Shown: in pieces, positions 13,678 through 25,439 of the stretch
How the letters are laid out: each line of letters opens with the position of its first letter
How positions within the stretch are numbered: the stretch's first letter is position 1
The notes under the pieces: generated by a model
Databases searched by the model: none
Seen by the model: the letters and a program-made list of their open reading frames with translations, nothing else
Told to the model about the DNA's origin: nothing
Assembly: GCA_964016885.1 (NCBI GenBank)
Contig: OZ024740.1
Span: forward strand, 248,124,001-248,188,000
Origin: Eledone cirrhosa
Lineage: Eukaryota
Direction of reading: 5' to 3'
DNA length: 64,000 bases
Translations under genes and position numbers: made by a program

Positions 13678-14193
13678 ATTATATGTATACACGCACACAC
13701 ACATATATATATATATATATATTTTTATATATTTTATGTGTATTTGGTGTATACGTTCGTATGTGTGCGGGTACAGGTGTTGCGTGGGTTCTGTATGTGC
13801 GTGCGTGTTTTTTTGTGTACGTGCTTGTATTTGCATACTCATAGCGAGTGTTTTCGCGTATGCTTGTGTATGTACATATGGGATGCGTGCATGTATATAT
13901 TTAATTTCAATTACCTCTGTAATTTATTTAACTCTGAAGTTTCCTTAAGAGAATTTTAGTCTACGCCTTCAGTCGTACCATATATGTGGTTTAGTCTTTG
14001 CGTGTAAGTGTTCTCATCGCTCCACATAATGACGTATTATCTTCATTTTTTCCGTTCATTTCCAGAGAACGTCTCCACGAACCACCTAATAGAATATTAG
14101 TCTATGACTTCATTTATACCAAATAGTCTTCAAATTTATTATTATTACTATTTGGCTCCCTCAGTTGAGCACTCTATTGATTTTATATTCATC

Positions 14194-15250
14194 ATGCAGA
14201 AACAACATCTGAATATTTCTACAAAGAACATACCCGTACCAAGCAGGAAAACATACCAAAAACTCCTGATACAGAAAACAGACGCATTCATTAAAAGGTT
14301 GCGTTGGCGTGCCTTTTATTTCGATAATCACGGAAATGCAGACAACAAATAGGATAAATTTGGGTTTAAAACCTATAATAACCCTCCGGGTATCCCAGCA
14401 TTGCTACCCTTCGAAAACGATGTCTCGGAACTCATACGGAGTATCAAATTTCGGAATAGGATTAATTTCTTCCAGCAGGACCTGAAGAATAGAATTCGTT
14501 CTATTAAGGATTCTAATGCTGTGCACGTCCACTCCAACAAAACTGGAAATCTATATCAAGTGGAGCGCAGCACTTACCATCAACTGCTACATAATGCTGT
14601 AACTAAGGATTACCGTAAAACTAATCGGAGCGTCATTAATGAAATCAACGATGCTGGATTTAAAATCACCTCTGATCTCAACATCCTGGACCGGACTGAA
14701 CTTCTGGCCTCTGTTTCTCTCCACTTTACTCTGAAGGATCACAAACCCAATTTCCCGAACAACCCCTCTATTCGGCTAATTAACCCTATGAAGTCTGATT
14801 TAGGTAGACTTAGTAAAAGGATTTTAGATAGAATTATACCTGAAATTAGAAGTTTGGCCCCTCTTACACTGTGGAATAATTCTTTCGCGGTGATTGATTG
14901 GTTCAATGGTATATGCAACAAGGAACATTGCCGTTTTATCCAATTCGACATCAATAATTACTACTCCTCCATCACTTTACCACTTCTCCTTAGAGCTATC
15001 AATTTCGCTAAAACACTCACAGTGGTTAAGGATTACGAAGTTGATGTCATCCTCAATGCCCATAAGTCGGTGATTAATTTCGACGACTCTATTTGGATAA
15101 AAAAATCTAATAGTACCCCATTCGACGTGAGTATGGGCACCAGTGATTGTGCAGAGATTACTGATCTTATCAGCCTTTTCCTTCTTTTCTCTATCAAGGA
15201 AGAATTCCCCAACGTGGGCGGTGGTTTGTACCGTGATGACGGTCTTAATT
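14194..15250 (+). pseudogene. Penelope-like element (Naiad-like) reverse transcriptase, N-terminal half, one premature TAG, broken after the catalytic motif
   Basis: NISTKNIPVPS..FIKRLRWRAFYF, TLKDHKPNF..RLINP.KSDLG, QFDINNYYSSI, FDVSMG, GLYRDDGL; ORFs 14104 and 14401 share a frame across the TAG at 14350. Confidence 0.82.
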
Positions 15251-15474
15251 TCCTTCACGCTGTATTGCTATTACGAAGAAGAGATTATTCTTCGGTAAAA
15301 TCTCTGAATTTCCATGGGTTTAGAAACATTCCTATATTTTAAACATAAAATTTTTTATTTTTTATTATTTTTTATTATTTTTTATTGGTAATTAATTGAA
15401 AAATTAATAATTAATTGTTGGTTGCTGATTAATAGTAAATTTATATATGGTTATGTAATAATAACATATATTTT

Positions 15475-15512
<38 letters not shown>

Positions 15513-15818
15513 TTTTAATAATATATAGATCTCAATTTTTAATATATTGCAAGCAGGGAAAAAGCGGACGTAAAATGAAATGAAATGAAATGATGATATA
15601 TATATTATATATATAAATATATATTCAGGTTTGTGGTTCACCACTGTATAGAGCTGGTCTATTCCGTATGGTCAATCGTAATGTAATAATATAGAGAGTA
15701 CTCAACGTAAAGCAGTTCAACCGTCTTTGTTTTTGTAGTTGGTGGTGCTATTACGGAGTTAAATATTATAATGAAATGACAGGAGGCTGGATTTGTGTAA
15801 ATCCTTGAAAGGTTTATT

Positions 15819-15876
15819 ATACTATGATCATTTCAATGACCGGGTTCGGTATGAATCCGGTGATATCATCAGGCAT
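15819..15876 (-). ncRNA. Solo type I hammerhead ribozyme motif, slightly degenerate
   Basis: Minus strand AUGC-CUGAUGA-UAUCACCGGAUUC(AUACC)GAACCCGGUCAUU-GAAA-UGAUCA-UA-GUAU; palindromic stem III; first stem II pair is U.U. Confidence 0.72.
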
Positions 15877-16845
15877 TCGAAATATAATACGTGAATGTAA
15901 TAGATAAAATCCATGGGGCTGAAAATCGAGGACCCGAGGGTGACCGCTATCTTGCACTCTCTATCTTAGCCGGTCGCCCTCGAGTGACGTGGCTAAGGCT
16001 CACAGTGTGCTACTACCGGTCAGATAAAGGAAAACAGAAATGGATGGGAACATAAGTTACAAGACAAAAGAAAGAAAGAAAGGAAGGAGAGAGAAGAAGG
16101 GGGAAGGAAGAAGAAGAGAAGCCAGGGTTAATGTCAGCTGTAAGAAGAAAGACAGAAAGAAAGAGGAGGAAAGGTCGGTATTACAGTCAGGCCAGGATTG
16201 TCGCGAAGAAATTTTTTTATTCTACGGGACCCATATCTAAACAACTACTACCGGTCAGATATAGGCGAACAAAAAGGGGGAAGGAAGATAAGTCTGCGGG
16301 AGGAAGACAGAAAGAGGGGAGAAAAGAAGGAAGAAAAGGAAGAAGTAGAAGAGTAAGGGTTGATGGCTACAAGAAGGAAGATAGAAAGAAAGAGGAAGAA
16401 AGGTCGATAATAATGTCAGACTACAGTCAGGCCAGAAGTGGCGCGAGAAAATTTTCACAGGGACCCGTATCTTAGCAGAGGTGAATATAGTGGGGGTCAG
16501 TGTGTTATAATGTGTGAGCAGAAGATTGAAACGTTACATTTTTGTTTAGACTTATAGGATGAAGTTAAAAATTAATAATCAATAATTAATATCAAAGAAA
16601 TTAGAAAATTTAAAGTTAAACAGTTTAACATTTTAATAGTTCTGATTTGATCTGTAATTTAAAGGTACTATGTGGCGGTTAAAAACCGGCCGCGCTCCGG
16701 GGCGAATTAAGCCACTCCGAGTATTTTCATTTACCGAAAGAGGGGGAAATTTATTTTTCCAAGCACTCAAAGTAGGCCCTTTCCTCAGGGGGCGGCGCCA
16801 TTAAAACCCACCCAACAGTCCGACAGAAAGTTGGAACTTTAAAAT

Positions 16846-17109
16846 ATTGTTTAAATTTATAGGATGAAGTTGAAGGAATGCAGAATAACATATCCCACTA
16901 GGATAAATTATAGATCTACATAATACAATTAACGTCTCTTCATAAAAGACTCTCTTTAATTAAACCCCGCAACCCAAAACCTTATAGAAGTTTTTTTTTT
17001 AAATGTTTGATTTTCAATTTTCTGTTTGTTCAATTCTCAATCTTCTTACTCTTTAATTTTATAATGTTATTCTGAATTCCTTCAACTTCATCCTATAAAT
17101 TTAAACAAT
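16846..17109. mobile_element. MITE-like element with ~46-bp terminal inverted repeats
   Basis: ATTGTTTAAATTTATAGGATGAAGTTGAAGGAATGCAGAATAACAT (16846-16891) versus its near-perfect reverse complement at 17064-17109. Confidence 0.6.
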
Positions 17110-17781
17110 CTTTCTTACCCTTATTACGAAGCATTTTCGACGTTGTGGGAACAGCTTCGTTTCACAGTGCTGGCTCCAGTCCCGGTCCCTGTCTTGTTTG
17201 GATATGTATTACATAACTGTCATGGGCACGCAGAATGGTTTTATCCTCCAGCCCGCCACCGCCTACCGGATTGGCCATGTCAATAGTTGCACTGCAGAAT
17301 CTACGTTCCTACTTGACCTTACATTGAGGTGGCGCGACTCTTTCCCATTTATTTAGCTGGTGCCTGCGACGTCTAGGGTAGGTGTAGTCGGATCTATGTT
17401 TATTATACAGTGCCCGGAATTATTTTCGTCTTGGTTTTCAATTCTTCTAGGATTAGTTCTATTTATATGCTGTTGTGTGGTTTCACTTCTCGGAGCGGGT
17501 GTGGCATTCCCTGCCAGATTTCCCCAACCATCGGATGCGTTAGTATTAACAGTTATGCTGTTCCTTCATGCATATGTATATGCATATATGTATGCATATA
17601 TACATTCAGTGACACATATACATTCAGATGGTGTACAAATACATATACACACACATTTATATGAATAGATATCTATACACTCACATCCACATGCACAAAC
17701 ACACATTTACAGATGTTCAGAGGCACATAGACACACATTAAGACATACACACATACATTTACAAAATGTAAGACACATTCA

Positions 17782-18007
17782 TTAACTCTTTAACATTTAT
17801 ACCAGCCGTATCCGGCCAGAATTCTCTCATCCCTTTCTGTTCAAACAGGCCATAACTAACCACTCATACTGATGTTAAGGTATTGTTCTCAAAATAAATA
17901 TCAAAATTTCCTAGATTCGATATTATATGAGATTATTAGGTAAGATAAAGTTTTTACCACAAAAATACAATAGTAAATACAGAGTAATGTAAATGATAAA
18001 GGGTTAA
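17782..18007. mobile_element. TTAA-flanked piggyBac-type MITE; inverted copy at ~20586-20803
   Basis: Termini TTAACTCTTT...AAAGGGTTAA; internal sequence matches the reverse complement of 20586-20803. Confidence 0.6.
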
Positions 18008-18944
18008 GATACACACACACAAGCATAAACATAGATATGTGCACACACAGAAATACAAACATGTGTACACAGACCTTTGAATTATACTTTTATTTTTGGA
18101 TTTCTAATCTATCAAGTATTTTGTCCTCCAACAGAAACCAAATTAATCATAATGTTAAACATATCCTTAAATTACACCTTCAATTGAACAACATCACTCA
18201 TACCACTCCTGACACCATCACCATTACTGCAACCACAACCACCACCACTGCACTTTTCCTGTTACTTCAGTTTACATTTAGAATTTACTACCCAGCTGTC
18301 TTATACCTTTAGTCAAGAAGCAAAGGAAGATAACAGCTTACAGCAGATATACCTAATATCAAAGTTTAACTTTGTCCTTTTTTTTATTGTTTTTAACTTA
18401 GAAGACGACCTATGAGACTATTGGGAGGAGAAAAAAACCCATCCTCAAACTTGTAAACCTTTTGATACCATATTTCTAATGAAATACACTATCTGAATTA
18501 AATAATAAAGAACTTTGAAGGATTTACTAAAATTATTAATTATTTCATTATGAAGATAATAATTCTAACATAACTTAAAAGGTTCTTTATCAAATTATGC
18601 AAGATTTTAATTTAGATAGGCACCTTTTAAAATGGGTGGTTGTGTTTCATAGAACCTGTGGTAGTTAAGGCGGGTTGGTATCAAAAGAGTTAACGGTACA
18701 CAAAGACCAGGTTTGTGGTTATGATGGTAAACTGAGCAATAGATTAAGTCTACCACCCAAGAAATTATTGCAAAAAAAATAATGGTATAAATACCACAAA
18801 GTATTTTGTCCAATGCTCAAACAGTTCCACCAATCCACTGTTCTCATCTGAGATTTCATTTATCAATTTCAGGACAATAAAAAGCAAAGTTGACCTCACC
18901 AATACACAGAGGTGAGGGATAAGGTACTATGTAGTATCCTAAGA

Positions 18945-19501
18945 TTAACCCTTTTGATACCAAACTGAAACCACCTCCAGTTCCATGAAACAGAGCTGTT
19001 TATTTTAAAGTGTTTGTATTTATCTAAAGATCTTCCATTATAATTTCATGTAAGGGTGGTGGATTGGCAGTATCGGTAGAGGGTCGGACGCCATGCTTTG
19101 ACGCATAGAGTTACAGCCCTTGCCATTCTGAGTTCAAATCCCGCCGAGGTTAACTTTGCCTTTCATCCTTACGGGGTCGATAAAATAAAGTACCAGTAAT
19201 GCACTGGGATAATTGCTGGCCTTGTGCCAAAAGTAGAAATAATTATAATTTCATGTAAGAACCTTTAATTTATGTTCCAAACACCAGCTAAAAAATGAAG
19301 AAAGTTAGTTATATTACTAAATCCATCCAAATTCTTGATTATTTTAAAAATAATGTTAAAATTATATGCCACATTTTTCATTAGAAATATGATAATGCTT
19401 TCTTTATTAGAAATATGGTAATGAAGTAACCCTTTAAAATGGGTGATTTTGTTTTATAAAACCTGGGCTGATTGAGGGTGAGTTGGTACCTAAAGGGTTA
19501 A
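18945..19501. mobile_element. TTAA-flanked MITE interrupted by a SINE; related copy at ~18455-18694
   Basis: TTAACCCTTTTGATACCAA...TTGGTACCTAAAGGGTTAA termini. Confidence 0.6.
19055..19241 (+). mobile_element. tRNA-derived SINE family A (other copies ~21668-21785, ~60913-61100; fragment ~30025-30063)
   Basis: A box TGGCAGTATCGG, B box GAGTTCAAATCC, conserved body GCCTTTCATCCTTACGGGGTCGATAAAATAAAGTACCAG; 18-bp TSD ATTATAATTTCATGTAAG at 19037-19054 and 19242-19259. Confidence 0.85.
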
Positions 19502-19629
19502 AACTACTACCTAGCCATTGGCTGCCTTTAGCAGAATCCACTGATTTAAGGATGCTTTCTTCTCTCCCTCCAACCAGTCTTGGATGCTTTGAAAAGGGCT
19601 ACAGACTCTGCCCTTTCTTCCCTGACTAA

Positions 19630-20040
19630 ATATCATCATCATTGTTTTTACATGTTTTTCCATGCTTGCATGGGTTGGATGGGTCTTTCTCAGCACAGAA
19701 TCTCTCCACTTGTCACGTTCTTTCGTCAACTCCTTTGTAAGTCTCAGTGATTTGAGGTCAGCTCTCACCACCTCTCTGCTCAGGTCTTTCTTGGTCTTCC
19801 TCTACTACAGCTTCCGTCCACTGGCATTTCCTGGCACTTCTTCACCCATCTATGCTCATCCATGCAGATCACATGTCCGTACCAATGTAGTCTTCTCTCC
19901 CTTATACCGCCTTAGATTCTTCTTAATCCAGCCTCTCCCTCAGCTCGCCTAAGCTCTTTCTTTGTCTCACACTTAGATTGCACATCCAACAAAGCATAAT
20001 TGTTTCATTTCTCTCCAGTTAATGCATGTCCTCTACAGAC
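19630..20040 (-). mobile_element. RTE LINE 3' fragment
   Basis: Minus-strand translation VRADLKSLRLTKELTKERDKWRDSVLRKTHP plus RTE tail. Confidence 0.75.
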
Positions 20041-21786
20041 TGGAGAGAAATAAAGTAACAGTTAAAAGAAAAATAATATTGACCACGAGGTGGAAGTTAT
20101 GAATGTTACAAACCCTCTCTTACCTTTCATTGAGGTAAAAAGAGAGAGTTAAGTAATACCACCATTTTAATGAATATTGTGTCATTGATTGAAAGACAAA
20201 CAGAGCAGACATTTGATGTTCAATAGTAAAATTTATCTCAAATACAATATGTATGTTAAGTATCACAGTACTTGTTCCACTCAAGTATCTAATAAATAGA
20301 TAACACTGAGTTGAATTTCAATGTTTTAACTAATATTGTTGTTTACTTTCAATTTAGAGCCTTGTCTGATCAGAGTTAGAGATATCGTTTTATCTTCATT
20401 TTTCCATGCTTGCATGGATTGGACAAAGCCTGGAGCCTATCCTGGTTTCATGGGTGTTAAGTAACTGAGAACACAAGACTTCTCATCTGGATACGATGCC
20501 AGTCCATCAGAGGGTTAACCCAAGATGCAGCTGGTACTCATTTTCAGTTGAGTGAACTGGAGATACATGAAATGAAGTACCTTGATTAACCCTTTATCAT
20601 TTACATTACTCTATATATACTATTATGTTTTCATGGTAAAGGCTTTATCTCATAATTATCTCACATAATATGAGATTTTGATGTTATTTATTTTGAGAAC
20701 AGTACCTTAACATTAGCATGAGTGGCCAGTTATGGCCTGTTTGAACAGAAAAAAGTGAGAGAATTCTGGCCAGATACAGCTGGTTTAAATGCTAAAGAAT
20801 TAGGGGCTCATTTCACCCAGTCAGGGTGACCCTAACCACTAGGCAATGTGCCTTCACTGCCTGATTAATCAGACTTAACTTATAATTAAAGGCTTTTGTG
20901 TCATAACCATCAGGCAATACAACTTGAACTACATTATCAAATGTGTTCTTCCTTTAGACTGTTAATAAATCCCCTTTCATATTATAATTGTTGTGTTGTT
21001 ATTTAGCCCCAGATAAGAATGAGTAAACAGATCAAAGGTGTTCCAGTTATGACTATCTGACATAAACAGTGTGATTAGGCTACATTATTTAATGTGTCCT
21101 AGAATTTTTTAAAGACAGTAAGGTGTAATCATCATCATTATCATTCTTTAATGTCTATTTTACATTCTTTCATGGATTAAACGGGTCAGGTGACTGTCTG
21201 GCACAAACATTATTTTGAGTTTGGTTTCTATATCTGGGTGCCCTTTATAATGCCAATCACTTTATGTGTACTAGAAGAATTTTATCATAACTGGATGCTT
21301 TTTGTCATGGCACCAGCACTACCTCCTTGCAGTGTAGACTGAATGCTTTTTGTCATGGCGTCAGCACTACCAGCGTACAGAGTGGCTAGGATGCTTTTTA
21401 CAAAGTGGGCTGGGTGCATTTTATCATAATATGAGGGAGATTTGGTTGATATTTATAGGAGATTGAGCAACTCCACATGAATTCTCATGTTGGCTTATTT
21501 AATCCATGTGAATTGGAAAGTGAAATATTTTGATCCATTAAGAAATATATAAAATTCCCCAAACAATACATATCGATTAATCAAAGTATTTTTTTTTAAA
21601 TGCCCTTTATTTGACAAAACAAACTGTTAATTAAGTAGTTAATTACATAGTAATTATTATTATTAAAGGGCAGTGGATTGGCAGTATCAGTAGAGCATTG
21701 AGCAACATGCTTTACAACCCTTTATGTTCTGAGTTCAAATTCCACTGTGGCCAGCTTCGTGTTTCATCCTTACAGGGCCAATAGCA

Positions 21787-22925
21787 TGCCGTGGCTAATG
21801 AAGCGCAAACATGTGCAGAGGTGTAGATGAAGTCGAACTGATCACTCTGTTCTGGAGGACTTTTGAGCCAGGGTCTATGAATAACTTCCAGAAATCCCTC
21901 GCTTTGCAGTGCTACCGGTTTGAGATAAGCTCTACAGGCACGGAAGTGCTGTCAGACGGACGTGCTGTCAGACGGACGTGCTGTCAGACGGACATGCTGT
22001 CAGACGGACGTGCTGTCAGACGGACGTGCTGTCAGACGGACGTGCTGACAGACGGACGTGCTGTCAGACGGACGTGCTGTCAGACGGACGTGCTGTCAGA
22101 CGGACGTGCTGTCAGACGGACATGCTGTCAGACGGACGTGCTGTCAGACGGACGTGCTGTCAGACGGACGTGCTGACAGACGGACGTGCTGTCAGACGGA
22201 CGTGCTGTCAGACGGACGTGCTGTCAGACGGACCTGCCTGAGATGCACGCTGAACAACGAAAGCGTTCTGCACGCACTCATCCAGTGACTATGCATTACT
22301 GACTTGTGGAGTTATGTCGAGCAACTGTAGTCGCATGTGGGACAGATCCAGCTATCAACCATAGTAAAGATCGCCCCACTGCCTTCTTTTAACTGGGAAG
22401 GGCAGGAAATTTTCCTCTGTCTGGTGGCAGTAGCGAAGGAGGTTGTGTGGTAGACCAAGTTGAAAGGACTGAAGAAAGACACTTTTCTCTTTGGCCAATC
22501 CCTCATCAACTTTTTCAAGTTTCACTTGGAAAGGAAGCTGAGGGTGGAGAGAAAAGTGCTGCCCCCAAGTACTTTTGCTAAAAGGTGGGAGAATGTGGCA
22601 AGAATGGTCTACTTGGAGCATGCGCCGGTAGGCTGGTTAATTTGAGGACGAGAGGGGTGCCCTTCACAAATGCCCTCAAAGCATCGGGCTTTCAAGATTG
22701 GTGAGGTACCTGAGTTGCTCTTGGGTGGTTCACTCCTCTATTGGGGAATTTATTTTGTTATATCTTTATATATATTTTATTTTTATATTTTTTCATTGTT
22801 ACATTGGTTTTGTTATTGTGTATTTTCACTCAGTTTTATTGTAAATCCCCCCCTCCCAATGCCTTTGTATTATCCCCTATATGTTGGCCCTTGTGGCCAA
22901 TAAATGAAATCATTATTATTATCAT
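21787..22925 (+). mobile_element. Tx1/L1-like LINE 3' fragment containing an internal minisatellite
   Basis: Collinear with 24290-25320 (LFWRTFEPGSMNNFQKSLA..., LINFFKFHLERKLRVERKVL); AATAAA and (ATT)n tail. Confidence 0.7.
21941..22233. repeat. 16-bp minisatellite (CGGACGTGCTGTCAGA), ~18 copies
   Basis: Direct reading. Confidence 0.95.
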
Positions 22926-23129
22926 TTTTATTGTTATTGTTTTACCTTTTACTTCAGTAATGTTTCTGATATATGCCGAGTGTCCTCCTGACACCTAGGG
23001 CAAATAAACTTACTGTATACATTGGTAAGCCAGTTAACACACCACATCGAATATAATTCACAGCTTATCATTCTTACAGAGATAGTGCTCTACTCACACA
23101 CATCGACACAAGGAGTGAGGGTATCATTC

Positions 23130-24265
23130 CCACAGAGATAGTGTTCTTCTCAATACGTGTGCAGTACCAGTCAAAACAATTTTTTGCCCCTCTTGCAGAG
23201 AGGATAAACCAGGAATCATTCGCAAATATTGTTCTGTTCCTTTCTTGATCATTCCCAGTGCTCCCACAATCACTGGTATTGTAGGTCTTGAGGTATCACA
23301 TCTTTTTCAATTTCAATAAGCAAATCTTTATATTTTCTTAGCTTGTCGAATTCTTTTGCTGCGATATTGTGATCATATGGGATGCTCATATCAATCAATA
23401 AACAGACCTTGCTATGCTGGTCTTTTACAATGATCTATTAGCTTTTATGGTCTGGTCAGTATGTACAGGAAAGTACCAAAGAATTGTTACTTTTTCTCCT
23501 TCAGTTACAGCCTCAGGGAGATGATTGTACCACTTATCAGCAGCTTTGATTTTATAATGCCGACATATTAGCCAGTGTAGATATTGGCCAACTCTGTCAT
23601 GTCTATATTTGTACTCTACTGGGGTTAAAACTTTACACCCAGAAACTAAGTGGTCCACTGTTTCAACCTCAACATTGCAGAATTGGCACTTTGGATTTAC
23701 TCCATTTCTCATCACATTGGCCTGGTAATTCCGTGTCAGTAAGCTTTGATCTTGGGCAGCTAAGATGAAGCCTTCACTCTCTGCTTTTAGCCCTGAGCTA
23801 TGTAGCCATGATGGGTGTGCTTTTGGTCAACATCAGCTTGTTTGCTATGGGCCACTTATTTGCCATGTAGAGGTTTCTGCTCCCACTTTGATGCTAATTG
23901 CTCTTGCCCTTTTGCTTGTGCCATTAATTTTATGTGTTTAGCAGCATCAAATGCAAGTTTCTTCAGTCTGTCCAGCTGGAGGCCAAGCATGAGATCAGTA
24001 GCATATTTTTTGCTCTCCTTCAAGATAGAATGAAGCTTCTTACTTCTCTCATATTTTTCAACAGTCGTTTGTTGTTTCAAGGTATTTGGCCAGTCCAATA
24101 GTGGTGGTCTTGTAGGTAAGTTTAAATTGGATCAGGCCATGGCCTCCTTGAGTTCTAGGAAGGTAAAGATGATCCAAATCAGCTTTCCTATTACAAGTCA
24201 ATAAATTACAGATTTTGGTGATGATTCTTTTAATTTCACTCATATTCCAGTTCAACACATCAAAG
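23130..24265 (-). mobile_element. R4/Dong-like LINE 3' fragment (CCHC finger + restriction-like endonuclease)
   Basis: CQFCNVEVETVDHLVSGC, YKYRHDRV, LYLPRTQGGHGL, KPLHG. Confidence 0.8.
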
Positions 24266-24289
24266 CAATAAACATGCGCTCAGGCTACG

Positions 24290-25320
24290 ACATCTCCACT
24301 TCTTCCTCAACGGTGATCAGTTATGGTCGCCATTTGCTAGACGGAGCTGCAGTCCTAGGTCAAGCGAAGACCGAGAGGGAGTGCTTGGAAACTGGAATGT
24401 CTTCAGGCCTCGACCAATGCGATTGGTGGAAACTCCACTTTGGCATACTGTAGAGAGTTAGTGGAGGGAAAAAGCGATAACATCCTTGGGGAGACTCTGG
24501 GCATCGACGAAAATCAACTAGCCAATCTCTTTAGGAGAACTTTCGGGCCGGGGCCCATGGACAACTTCCAGAAATCCCTGACCTGGCAGTGCTACCGAGG
24601 AACTTTGCCAGTTCAGGATAAAATCTACAGACACGGAAGCGCTGTCAGCCGGGCCTGTTCAAGATGTGCACAGGGCAACAAAACCATCCTGCATATACTC
24701 GTCCAGTGTCCAAGCATTGCTGACTTGTGGGTTTATCTCGTACACCTGCTGTCACATGTACGACAGATCCAGCTATCAACTGAGTCCATCGTGAGGATTG
24801 CCTCGTCGTCTTCCTTTAGCCAGGAAGGGCAGGCAGTTTTTATCTGTCTGGTGGCCATGGCAAAAGTGATTGTGTGGTGGACGTGTTTGAAAGGGCTGAA
24901 GATGAGCACTTACCTCTTCGTTAATACCCTGATTAACTTTTTAAAATTTCATTTGAAAAGGAAAATCAGGGTGGAGAGGGAAGTGCTCTCTTCCCAGCAT
25001 TATATTGAAAGATGGGTGAGAGAGGCAAGCATGGCCCGAGTGAATGGGCTTGCTCTGAGTATGCGCCTGTAAATTGAAGGTGGAAAACTGGGAGAGGGTA
25101 CTTGCCCTGGTGGTCAGGGTCACCGTGGCTTTTTTTAATGGGCTTTCACCATGAATGTCCCACGGAAGTCTCCCCCCTATTGGGGAATTTTCTTTTGTTT
25201 CTTTTTTGTCATTTTCTTTGTTTTTTCTTTACACACACAAATGCCCATTTGTACATCCTGTATTGTCCTTAATATACTTTATGTCAACCCTTGTGGTTAA
25301 TAAAGAAATTATTATTATTA
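24290..25320 (+). mobile_element. Tx1/L1-like LINE 3' fragment (zf-RVT-type CCHC)
   Basis: ORF 24440-25072 with C-SR-C-x8-H-x4-C; AATAAA and (ATT)n tail. Confidence 0.7.
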
Positions 25321-25439
25321 TTTCATTTATCTTGCTTTATGTTCATACGAGTTATCACCAAGTCACAACCAGTGACCTCAAGAGACAACAAGGTCAACCA
25401 TGTTTAAGAAAGAACATACACACATACACATGTATCTTT

